The notes under the pieces were generated by a model. It had not been told where the DNA came from and made no database searches. It was given only the letters and a program-made list of their open reading frames with translations. DNA of 27,255 nucleotides from Candidatus Micrarchaeia archaeon. GTDB taxonomy: Archaea > Micrarchaeota > Micrarchaeia > Norongarragalinales > UBA8480. Shown here one piece after another: positions 9,044 to 17,216 of the stretch (the first letter of the stretch is position 1; each line of letters opens with the position of its first letter). The position numbers and the translations under genes are program-made. Location of the stretch: the NCBI GenBank assembly GCA_039794045.1, contig JBAMLY010000009.1, forward strand, positions 1 through 27,255, in the 5' to 3' direction.

Positions 9044-9312
9044 GTGACGCAATAGAGTCAAAAATAATGGTGCAAGGACAAACTGGGAAAATGCGTGCCG
9101 CGATAGCTAACGCCGCGCGCTCACTTGCAGTAAAGGGAAAGATAGAAGAGTTAGGCGACGGAAGCATTGAGGTAACCGCGCAGGGAAGAAAGGAAGCAGT
9201 AGAAGCTCTTGTGAAGAAATTAAGGGAAATGCCTGGACTGGATACAGTCAACGTGCTTCAAACGATTCCGCAGCACCAAGCCAAGCAAGGATTTCTTTCC
9301 TTCCGGGCGTAG
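9040..9312 (+). CDS. Acylphosphatase-fold protein with a degenerate active site
   Basis: KGKIEELGDGSIEVTAQG aligns to the GWVRNLPDGSVEVVAEG consensus. 90 aa. ATGA overlap with PP2C. Confidence 0.7.
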   Translation: MSDAIESKIMVQGQTGKMRAAIANAARSLAVKGKIEELGDGSIEVTAQGRKEAVEALVKKLREMPGLDTVNVLQTIPQHQAKQGFLSFRA

Positions 9313-9316
9313 GCGT

Positions 9317-9715
9317 TCACTGCGCTGGAGCAGGCGGCGTGGCTGGCGCGATTCTAGCGCGGGGAACGTTTATTGGCGCTGAAATTCCAACCGAGAAAGC
9401 CAGGAGTGTTCCCACGGCAGTGCCTGAATAAGTTATTGCTGTCAAGAGTTCTTCTGCTACTCCTGGTTCCAGGGTCTTGCTTTTCCTCCACTTTTCTTCG
9501 ACGGCCTTCGCGTTCTTGTCGTCGGAATAAATTTCTCCAACTATCTTGAACTCGGCCACGCCTGGAGCGTATTCCACGCTGTAAGCGTACTTGAAAGCCA
9601 ACCCGTTCTTTTCTGCTTTCACGTCTTCAATGCCTATGTTGACGTTCATTCCAGAAACTGTGCCTTCCTTGAGCTTCTTGGCTTCAACGGACAATATTTT
9701 TCCTCCCGTAATCAC
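9317..9715 (-). CDS. Conserved archaeal hypothetical protein, possible SecB-like fold
   Basis: Four beta strands, then a long helix and a G-x-x-A-P-I-x-x-P tail. GTG start after an AGGTGG SD. Confidence 0.6.
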   Translation of the reverse strand: MITGGKILSVEAKKLKEGTVSGMNVNIGIEDVKAEKNGLAFKYAYSVEYAPGVAEFKIVGEIYSDDKNAKAVEEKWRKSKTLEPGVAEELLTAITYSGTAVGTLLAFSVGISAPINVPRARIAPATPPAPAQ

Positions 9716-9734
9716 TCAAACCACCTTTTAATCG

Positions 9735-10412
9735 TTAAACTGTGAAGCCCTCGCCGGGCTCGAGAACGACTGGAACAGTCTTGGTTTCTGCTTTGACTCG
9801 CTTCGCGAAATCTTTGGGGTCGGCTTCAATGCGCGCGAAAGTATTGAAGTGCATTGGAATAACGTACTTGGCGCGCATGAGCTTCAACGCCTTAACCGCG
9901 CTCAACACGTCCATCGTGTAAGTGCCGCCAATCGGCAGCATTGCCAGGTCGCACTCTATTCGATTCATTCCAGAAAAATCATAGGTGTCGCCAGCAAAGT
10001 AAATAGTTTTTCCTTCGCCGCGAACGAGGAAGCCCACTGGCTCCTCGGACTGAGGGTGCTTTGCCTCGACGACCTCCAAGTCCAAGCCCAGCAAGTTGAA
10101 GGCGTCGCCGGCGCTTACTGCGACTTTGAGGCGGGGGTTAACTTCAAGCAACGCGAGGGCAGGCTCGGGGCCAACCACGTGAGCCTGTGTTCTCTCGCAA
10201 ATCACTTGAACGTCGCGAGGAGAACAGTGGTCGAAGTGCTCGTGAGAAACGAATACTGCGTCGCAGCGGCGGAATGAGGCAGGCGAAGCAGCTGGAGGAA
10301 CCAAGCGAACGACGTGGGCACTGTTTTTCTCGAACCAGGGGTCGAACAAGAGCGAGCGGCCTCCTAAAACTAATTCAAATGAAGCATGACCTAGCCAGCG
10401 AACGTTTGCCAT
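9735..10412 (-). CDS. Metallo-beta-lactamase fold hydrolase (UPF0173-like)
   Basis: WLGHASF, DPW, SHEHFDH, AGDT, LPIGGTYTM, IPMHFNTF. Confidence 0.93.
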   Translation of the reverse strand: MANVRWLGHASFELVLGGRSLLFDPWFEKNSAHVVRLVPPAASPASFRRCDAVFVSHEHFDHCSPRDVQVICERTQAHVVGPEPALALLEVNPRLKVAVSAGDAFNLLGLDLEVVEAKHPQSEEPVGFLVRGEGKTIYFAGDTYDFSGMNRIECDLAMLPIGGTYTMDVLSAVKALKLMRAKYVIPMHFNTFARIEADPKDFAKRVKAETKTVPVVLEPGEGFTV

Positions 10413-10504
10413 GAAACCGCCTCACGCGCCACAAGGCGAAAGCAATTAATTAGGCGCGAATAAATTAATGCAAGCAAATATAAATAATAAGCGGAGAACA
10501 GCAA

Positions 10505-11338
10505 ATGAGGTTTGGAACTGCAGGCATTCCGTTGAGTTGCGCGAACTGCTCGTCACTGGAAGGAATAAAGAGCGTGGCAGGAATGGGCTTGAACGCCTTC
10601 GAGTTCGAGTTCGTTCACGGATGCAGGATGAGCGAAGAAAACGCGCGACAGGCTGGAAGCGAGGCGCGAAAAGACGACGTCGTCTTAAGCGCTCACGCGT
10701 CCTATTATTTGAATTTGTTGTCTCCCGAGAAAGCCAAGTACGAGAAAACCGTAGGGGAAATAATGAGGACTGCTCGAGTCCTTCAAGCCGCTGGCGGAGG
10801 ACGCCTCGTCTTCCACCCTGGATTTTATTTGGGCACGCCGAAACAGGAAGCCTTCAAGAAAATGAAGAATGCTTTAAAGGAATTGATTGAGGGAATTGAG
10901 GCTGAAAAGCTTGGCTTGACGCGCTTGTCGCCGGAGACAACTGGCAAGCCAACAGCTTTTGGTTCGTTCGAAGAACTCGTAGAGTTAAGCGGCGAGCTTG
11001 GTTGGAAGAAGCTCGCCGTAACGATTGACTGGGCGCACGTTCACGCGCGCGACAACGGTAGAATCAAGGGAAAAGAGTCTTACTGCAAATTATTGGAAGA
11101 GCTTGAAAGGCACTGCGGCAAAACCGCGTTGCGGGAACTTCACTGTCATATGAGCAGCATTCGCTTCAGCGAGAAAGGAGAGTTGAATCACTTGACGATG
11201 GACCACGACGTTCCTCCATTCAAGCCGCTCGCGGAAGCGCTCCACGAATTCGGTTGCGATGGAACGATTATAAGCGAGAGCCCCGCCATAGAACGAGACG
11301 CGCTGAGAATGAAGAAAATCTTCGAGTCAATAAATTGA
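10505..11338 (+). CDS. nfo: Endonuclease IV (AP endonuclease family 2)
   Basis: HASYYLNL, FHPG, PETTGK, DWAHVHAR, LHCH, ISESP. Confidence 0.92.
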   Translation: MRFGTAGIPLSCANCSSLEGIKSVAGMGLNAFEFEFVHGCRMSEENARQAGSEARKDDVVLSAHASYYLNLLSPEKAKYEKTVGEIMRTARVLQAAGGGRLVFHPGFYLGTPKQEAFKKMKNALKELIEGIEAEKLGLTRLSPETTGKPTAFGSFEELVELSGELGWKKLAVTIDWAHVHARDNGRIKGKESYCKLLEELERHCGKTALRELHCHMSSIRFSEKGELNHLTMDHDVPPFKPLAEALHEFGCDGTIISESPAIERDALRMKKIFESIN

Positions 11339-11351
11339 GGGGAGAAGAGTC

Positions 11352-12608
11352 TTGTTCAACATCGTTTACTTGAGCCAGCTTCTCGGCAAGAGAGTTGTTG
11401 ACGCAACCGGCAAAAAAATTGGGCGGTTGGCTGACTTGACGCTAGCGCCAGTGGGCGACTACTTCCCAGAAATAGATTGTCTAGTCGTAAAAGGTAGGGG
11501 AAGGCAACGCAAGATAAAGTGGCAGGAAGTCCACCGCTTTACTGACGCAATATACCTCTCAAAAACTGCTGACGAAGCAAGCCTTCAGCCGTTGAAGAAA
11601 AAAGATGCCTTGCTAGCGAAACTCTTGCTCGACAAGCAAATAGTTGACACTAATGGCTTGAAGGTAGTGCGCGTAAACGATGTTGCGCTCGCGGAAGTGA
11701 ACAACAAGTTCAGCGTCATAAGCTTCGACGTGGGATTCAAGGGGCTGCTGCGCAGGATGGGGTTGCGGAGGGTGGGAGAGTACTTGGGGCTCGCCGACGC
11801 ATTGATTCCGTGGAGTTACGTTGCGCCACTGCAACCACAAATTCAGTTGATTAAGCTCAAGAAACCAAGGCAGGACGTAAGCAACCTGCGCCCAGCCGAG
11901 ATAGCGTCGGTATTGGAAGAACTAGGACACTCTGAAAGACAACAAATTCTAGCCCAACTCGACAACGCGACTGCAGCAGAAGCACTGCGGAAGGCAACGC
12001 CGGAACTACAGAAATCGGTTTTCGAAGCGCTTGAAGCTGAGAAAGCCGCGCGCTTGCTTGGCAGCCTCAGCCCAAACCAGTCGGCGGACATGCTCGCCGT
12101 AGTATCGCCGGAAAAACGCGAAGAAATACTTTCCAAGATGGAAGAGAGAGCCGCTAAAATAACTCGCGAAATAATGGGGTTCAAGTCAAACACGGCAGGC
12201 AGCATCATGACAACTGAATTCATTTCAGTGCAAGACAACGCGACTTGCGGCGAGGCTTTGAACAAAATACGCGAAAACCCTGAACTCCCGCCTTACAGTA
12301 TTTACGTGGTTGACTCGCGTAACAGGCTCGTTGGCGTGGCCCCAATAATAGACTTGATTCGCGCCAAGCCCTCGGAGCCCATCGCGAACGTGATGCTGAA
12401 ACGGCCGAAAATAATTCGCGTGCACGTCAACACGCCGATCTCGCAAGCGGCCGAACTAATCGCCAAGTACGACTTGCTTGCAGTGCCCGTTGTAGACTCT
12501 AAGTACCGCTTGCGGGGACGCGTGAAGGCAGACGACATAATAGACGTCATAATTCCGCCGGCATGGCGCAAGAGGCTTCCCAGGATAAGCACGAAAATAC
12601 AGCAGTGA
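11352..12608 (+). CDS. Soluble MgtE-like regulatory protein (2 PRC barrels + MgtE_N + CBS pair), no TM domain
   Basis: LLGKRVVDATGKKIG and LLDKQIVDTNG PRC motifs, helical MgtE_N repeats, TAGSIMTTE, YVVDS and YDLLAVPVVD CBS motifs. Confidence 0.9.
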   Translation: MFNIVYLSQLLGKRVVDATGKKIGRLADLTLAPVGDYFPEIDCLVVKGRGRQRKIKWQEVHRFTDAIYLSKTADEASLQPLKKKDALLAKLLLDKQIVDTNGLKVVRVNDVALAEVNNKFSVISFDVGFKGLLRRMGLRRVGEYLGLADALIPWSYVAPLQPQIQLIKLKKPRQDVSNLRPAEIASVLEELGHSERQQILAQLDNATAAEALRKATPELQKSVFEALEAEKAARLLGSLSPNQSADMLAVVSPEKREEILSKMEERAAKITREIMGFKSNTAGSIMTTEFISVQDNATCGEALNKIRENPELPPYSIYVVDSRNRLVGVAPIIDLIRAKPSEPIANVMLKRPKIIRVHVNTPISQAAELIAKYDLLAVPVVDSKYRLRGRVKADDIIDVIIPPAWRKRLPRISTKIQQ

Positions 12609-12615
12609 AGATTTC

Positions 12616-13884
12616 ATGGCGAATAAAGCGAAGCTCACGTGGGCAGGCATCATTGTTTTTCTCTCGATAATAGGGCCAGGAATAATTACTTCCAACGTTG
12701 ACAACGACGCGGGTGGGATAGCTACTTACTCGGCTGCGGGAGCCAACTTTGGCTACTCTTTGTTGTGGACTCTGGCGCCAATCACGGTGGCGTTGTTCGT
12801 AGTGCAGGAAATGGCTGCGCGCATGGGCGTCGTAACCGGCAAAGGCTTGTCTGACTTGATAAGGGAAAACTTCGGCGTGAAAACTACTTTTTTCGTGATG
12901 CTCGCCCTCGTGATTGGAAACTTTGGAAACACGCTCGCGGAATTCGCTGGCATAGCTACTGCCTCCAAGTTTTTCGGGGTTTCGTGCCTCGTTGCGGTGC
13001 CGCTTTCTGCGGTGCTCGTGTGGTTGCTCGTAGTCAAAGGCAACTATAAGAGCGTCGAAAAAGTTTTTCTCGCGGCAAGCGCTTTCTATGTAGTATACAT
13101 TATTTCAGCGCTCTTAGTGCCACACATTGACTGGGCCGAAGTTGGAGCAAGCCTAGTAACGCCTTCCTTCAAGCTCGACTCAAGCTATCTATTGATGTTG
13201 ATTGGAATAATTGGCACCACGATCGCTCCATGGATGCAGTTCTACATTCAAGCGTCAATAGTAGAAAAACGCGTGGACAAGAAATACTATTTCTTCACGA
13301 GGTGGGACGTGATAATTGGCAGCGTGATGGTCAGCGTAGTGGCATTCTTTATAATACTTGCTTGCGCGGCAACTATTCACGCGAACGGACTTCACATAAA
13401 AAACGACGTTGACTTCATCGCAAATGCGGCGAGAGCGCTCGCCCCATTCGCGGGAGAGCTCGCAGGCCAACTCTTCGCGTTGGGTTTGCTGAACGCTTCG
13501 TTGTTCTCGGCAGCGATTCTGCCGCTTTCAACCGCGTACTTTGTTTGTGAAGCGTTCGGCTGGGAAGCAGGAGTAGACAAGAAACTGCGAGAAGCACCGC
13601 AATTCTACGGCTTGTTCACGGCATTCATAGTCTTCGGCGCCGCCCTCATCCTCGTTCCCGGCACGCCGCTACTGCCCATCATGCTGATTTCGCAGGCCGC
13701 CAACGGAATACTGTTGCCGTTCATTCTCGTCTTTATGCTCCTCATAATCAACAAGAAAGAAGTCATGGGCAAGTACAAGAACGACAAGTTTTTCAACGTC
13801 CTCGCAGGCGCAACAACTGCGATCATGTTCGTGCTCTCCTTACTCCTCGCAGTCACGACCTTCTTCCCCGGCGTGTTCGGCTGA
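12616..13884 (+). CDS. NRAMP-related divalent cation transporter (Mg2+-type motifs)
   Basis: GPG..DNDAGGIATYS, QEMAARMGVVTGKG, GTTIAPWMQF, about 11 TM helices. Confidence 0.93.
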   Translation: MANKAKLTWAGIIVFLSIIGPGIITSNVDNDAGGIATYSAAGANFGYSLLWTLAPITVALFVVQEMAARMGVVTGKGLSDLIRENFGVKTTFFVMLALVIGNFGNTLAEFAGIATASKFFGVSCLVAVPLSAVLVWLLVVKGNYKSVEKVFLAASAFYVVYIISALLVPHIDWAEVGASLVTPSFKLDSSYLLMLIGIIGTTIAPWMQFYIQASIVEKRVDKKYYFFTRWDVIIGSVMVSVVAFFIILACAATIHANGLHIKNDVDFIANAARALAPFAGELAGQLFALGLLNASLFSAAILPLSTAYFVCEAFGWEAGVDKKLREAPQFYGLFTAFIVFGAALILVPGTPLLPIMLISQAANGILLPFILVFMLLIINKKEVMGKYKNDKFFNVLAGATTAIMFVLSLLLAVTTFFPGVFG

Positions 13885-13940
13885 ACACTGGAAAGCCGGT
13901 GGCGTCACTGCTTTTATTCGCTTTACGCTGCTAATTCTTC

Positions 13941-15056
13941 ATGAAAACAGGGGTTGCTGAGCTGCCGCTGCACGCGGGCCGTTGCCCGAAATGGCTTTTC
14001 CCGCGCATGAAGCGGTTGGGAGCAGCGATAACGCGCGCAATCGTTGAAGAGCACGGCGAACGCGAGTTCCTGCGCCGCATTTCTAATCCTTTCTTCTTCC
14101 AGTCTCTTGGTTGCGCGCTGGCCTTCGATTGGCACAGCAGCGGCCTCACTACTACTGTGTGCGGCGCGTTAAAAGAAGGCTTGAACTTTGAAGAACACGG
14201 GATTGCGGTCGCGGGCGGCAAAGGAAAAACTTCGCGCAAGGCGCCCGAAGAAATATTTTTGCACGCGGAAGCAGCGGGCTTGGACGGTAAAAAGCTAGTG
14301 CGGGCAAGCAAGTTGGCGGCGAAAGTGGATGGCGCCGCAGTGCAGGACGGCTTCCAGCTTTACCACCACTGCTTCTTCTTGTCTCGAGAGGGAGGGTGGG
14401 CGGTCGTGCAACAAGGTTTGAGGGCGCCTGAGAACGCTGCGCTTGACTGGCTGGGCGCAATCAAGGGCGGCGCCGCACGCCGCTATCACTGGCTGAGCGA
14501 GGAAGTGAAGAGCTTCGTGGAAGAACCGCATTCTGCGGTGTGCTGCAATTCAAGTGGCAAGACGCTCAACATGGTCGCGGCGGAGAGTGAAGGCTGCAGG
14601 AAGGCTTCCTTGGATGCGTTGAGGGAAGGCGAGTTCAAGCACTTCGTCGCCGGGCAGACGACGCTGGCGTTGTTCGAAGGCGAAAGCAAGGGAATGCGGA
14701 TGCAGCGCGGCCACCTGATTGACTTGCATCAGTACAAGGCGCTCGAGGAAATGAGGGATTTCGCGCCGGAAAATTACGAGGAAATGCTTTGCTTGCGCGG
14801 AATGGGGCCCAAGAGCGTGCGCGCGCTCGCCTTAATAGCCAAGCTCGTGTACGGCGAGGAGCCGAGCTGGCGCGACCCAGCGCGTTACTCTTTCGCTCAC
14901 GGCGGCAAGGACGGCACGCCGCGTCCAGTCGACTGCCAGTTAATGATTGAAAGCGCGCACTTTCTCGAGGATGCAGTTGAGGAAGCGCGGCTGGGAAAAA
15001 TTGAAAAAGAAGAGTGCCTTAAGCGGCTTAGTGAAATAACGTGCAGCAAAAACTAG
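13941..15056 (+). CDS. DUF763 family protein
   Basis: LPLHAGRCPKWLF, DWHSSGLTT, DGFQLYHH, ARRYHW, HhH-like RGMGPKSVRAL, SFAHGGKDG. Confidence 0.92.
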   Translation: MKTGVAELPLHAGRCPKWLFPRMKRLGAAITRAIVEEHGEREFLRRISNPFFFQSLGCALAFDWHSSGLTTTVCGALKEGLNFEEHGIAVAGGKGKTSRKAPEEIFLHAEAAGLDGKKLVRASKLAAKVDGAAVQDGFQLYHHCFFLSREGGWAVVQQGLRAPENAALDWLGAIKGGAARRYHWLSEEVKSFVEEPHSAVCCNSSGKTLNMVAAESEGCRKASLDALREGEFKHFVAGQTTLALFEGESKGMRMQRGHLIDLHQYKALEEMRDFAPENYEEMLCLRGMGPKSVRALALIAKLVYGEEPSWRDPARYSFAHGGKDGTPRPVDCQLMIESAHFLEDAVEEARLGKIEKEECLKRLSEITCSKN

Positions 15057-15430
15057 TAGTGATAGTGCGCTGGAAAGCATTGTTATCGGCGTTGGAGGCG
15101 AGCAAGCACACTTTCCCCGACGAATTCATTGGATTGTTTAGGGGCACTGAAAAAAAAGGGGTGCTGCGCTTGAACGAACTCATAATTCCTCCTTTCAGCA
15201 CTTACCACGAAGACTGGGCTGGCTACTCGCCGTGGTTCCTTCCCCCGAAAATGGATTGCTTGGCGAGCTTTCACTCGCACACGCGTGGTCCGGCGCTGCC
15301 GTCTCGCGAGGACTTACGCAACTTCGCGGGAATGGGGCGCGCGCACTTTATCTCCGTTCCGCCGTTCACGCCTGAGAGCACGAACTGCTTTGACAGCACG
15401 GGAAGAAAAATAGTGTTCGAGTTGAAGTGA
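15041..15430 (+). CDS. JAB/MPN+ (JAMM) metalloprotease
   Basis: PDEFIG Glu plus the complete HxH-x7-S-x2-D motif (HSHTRGPALPSRED). Confidence 0.9.
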   Translation: MQQKLVVIVRWKALLSALEASKHTFPDEFIGLFRGTEKKGVLRLNELIIPPFSTYHEDWAGYSPWFLPPKMDCLASFHSHTRGPALPSREDLRNFAGMGRAHFISVPPFTPESTNCFDSTGRKIVFELK

Positions 15431-15431
15431 G

Positions 15432-15772
15432 TTGACAGAACAAAGAGAAAAAACGGCGTTCTTCAGGGACGGCAAGTTCTACAAGCTGCTGCCAGAGCTT
15501 GAAACGATTGAAATAAGTGGCGTGAGAATGCACTAGACGGCCAAGCGCCGCCAAAGCAAGACGCTGAAAACAAGGCGAGAGTCGTCGGCGTTGAAAGGGG
15601 AGACAAGGTTTTAGACGTGTGCGCTGGGCTCGGTTACTCCGCGATAGCTTGCGCGGAAAAAGGAGCTAGGGTTACCGCCCTAGAAAAAGACGCATTCAAA
15701 AACATTAAATGGCGCGAGAAAGAAAAGGGTTTCACTGCGGAAAAAAGACGAGGTGGCGCGCAGTGCCAGTGA
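15432..15772 (+). pseudogene. Frameshifted, truncated remnant of a COG2521-like archaeal SAM methyltransferase
   Basis: 15432-15536 reads AFFRDGKFYKL..TIEISGVRMH*. The shifted frame continues PKQDAENKARVV..GDKVLDVCAGLGYSAIACAEKGARVTALEKD (motif I), then loses similarity near 15691. Confidence 0.8.
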
Positions 15773-15894
15773 GAAAAGGAGACATTAAAAAGAAGAAGAA
15801 GCTCGTCAAAAAGTGCCCTAAGTGCGGCAGCCCAACAGAAGAAGATTACTGCGAAGGCTGCGGCATGCCAGTCTCTAAGTGCACCTGCGGGTAA
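15763..15894 (+). CDS. Small basic Cys-rich zinc-ribbon protein (43 aa)
   Basis: GTG after a GAGGTG SD. Poly-Lys, then CPKCG..YCEGCG..CTCG. Confidence 0.6.
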   Translation: MPVRKGDIKKKKKLVKKCPKCGSPTEEDYCEGCGMPVSKCTCG

Positions 15895-15902
15895 AAAACA
15901 AA

Positions 15903-16058
15903 TTATTTCTTTTTCAGCGCCTCGAAGACGGCGGGAGCGAGGCGCAGCTTGTTTATTTTTCCGTAGCGCTCGGCGGAGATTATCTCTTTTTGTGACAGCC
16001 TTTGCACTACGCGGTGCGCCTTCAAGCGCGTCATTCCAGGCAGGCGCGAAAGCTCGGC
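15903..16058 (-). pseudogene. C-terminal winged-helix fragment of a COG2512-like transcriptional regulator
   Basis: Hand translation gives [51 protein letters not shown], an HTH recognition helix plus wing. The N-terminal part is missing. Confidence 0.72.
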
Positions 16059-16256
16059 AGGAAGACCATGGCGAAAATAAGGCAGAACATGTTCTGGGCT
16101 TTGATATACAACATCGCGGGAATCCCGATAGCGGCAGGAGTGCTCTATCCCTTTACGGGCTGGTTACTCTCGCCGATTATTGCGGGAGGTGCGATGGCGC
16201 TGTCCAGCGTCTCAGTCGTAACCAACTCGCTCACCCTGAAGTGGACGAAATTGTAG
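16050..16256 (+). pseudogene. copA: C-terminal fragment of a Cu(I) P1B-type ATPase
   Basis: [48 protein letters not shown] is the last two TM helices, with the YN and MxxSS Cu ligands. No DKTGT or CPC region upstream. Confidence 0.9.
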
Positions 16257-16264
16257 GTGATTAA

Positions 16265-16813
16265 ATGAAAAACTTAGAATACATCGGAATGGCGCTCATA
16301 CCAGTCTTCACGGTAGGAGTAGCCTACGTGGCATGGGGGGCGAACGCGCAAGGCGCGCCGCCTTACACGCAAACTTCCCAGCAGGGTTCAACGCAAATAA
16401 GCGTTTACTCCTCACCGGGCGCGGCTACGGCAGCTCCTGCAACAGGCAAGGTGCAAGTCGTAAAGCTTGCCTACAAGGACGGTATCTATGACCCGCAAAC
16501 CATTCGCACGCGCATCGGCACCACAATCCGCATGGAAGTTGACACCAATACGCTGTGCGGCTGCATGACAACTGTTACGGTTCCGGCTTTCGGCGTCTTC
16601 AAACACATTTCCGAAGGCGACAACGTCATCGAGTTCACTGCAAGCAAGGCCGGCGAGTTCCGTTTCTCGTGTCCCATGGGCATGGGCGGCGGAAAACTCT
16701 TAGTAGAGGATGAGAACGGCAACGTGCCTGCAAACGCAGATTCCTCGGCAGGCAGGGTTTGCGGAGGCGGTTGTGGAGGGTGCGGCGGAGGCAGCGGGGG
16801 GTGCGGCCAGTAA
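16265..16813 (+). CDS. Membrane-anchored cupredoxin-fold protein (CupA-like Cu chaperone)
   Basis: N-terminal TM helix, YDPQTI, CGCM, FRFSCPMGM and a Gly/Cys tail. GGTGAT SD overlaps the copA stop. Confidence 0.8.
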   Translation: MKNLEYIGMALIPVFTVGVAYVAWGANAQGAPPYTQTSQQGSTQISVYSSPGAATAAPATGKVQVVKLAYKDGIYDPQTIRTRIGTTIRMEVDTNTLCGCMTTVTVPAFGVFKHISEGDNVIEFTASKAGEFRFSCPMGMGGGKLLVEDENGNVPANADSSAGRVCGGGCGGCGGGSGGCGQ

Positions 16814-16865
16814 TTTTCGAATGAATTAAAAACATTGAAATTCACTCTTTATTGCTCGTGGTTTA

Positions 16866-17210
16866 ATGGCTATCAAGACTGTTTATGTTGTCGGCGCAGT
16901 CGTGGTCATAGCTTTTGCCGCGCTAGCCGTTTTTTCTCTGCCGAGCACGCAAGTTAATGCGGGCGCGCTTGCCAACTGCTTGAGTGAAAAGGGCTGGGCA
17001 ATGTATGGAACGCAGTGGTGCACTGCCTGCAACGCTCAAAAAAAATTGTTTGGAGACGCTTTTGAAAACATTTCATTAGTGGACTGCGACTTTGACAGGC
17101 CAGCGTGCGACGCATTCGACGTGCGTGGTTATCCTACTTGGTTTAACGGCGCAAAAAAACTAGAGGGCGTTCAAAGCCTTGAAACGCTTGCCGCGGAAAG
17201 CGGGTGCTGA
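16866..17210 (+). CDS. Exported thioredoxin-like protein (VKOR-associated Trx type)
   Basis: Signal/TM segment, MYGTQWCTAC (CxxC), QKKLFG, GYPTW cis-Pro. Confidence 0.85.
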   Translation: MAIKTVYVVGAVVVIAFAALAVFSLPSTQVNAGALANCLSEKGWAMYGTQWCTACNAQKKLFGDAFENISLVDCDFDRPACDAFDVRGYPTWFNGAKKLEGVQSLETLAAESGC

Positions 17211-17216
17211 AAACAA

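Noticed and set aside
15041..15430. JAB gene as part of a CBASS or other defence system
   Set aside because: No cyclase, E1/E2 or effector is nearby, and it resembles the housekeeping archaeal JAMM type.
15520..15545. TAG readthrough (pyrrolysine) or programmed frameshift in the methyltransferase
   Set aside because: The continuation is in a different frame, there is no slippery site, and the gene is also truncated at both ends.
16002..16049. N-terminus of the listed 84-aa ORF as part of CopA
   Set aside because: This stretch is the antisense of the wHTH remnant. CopA similarity starts at about 16050.
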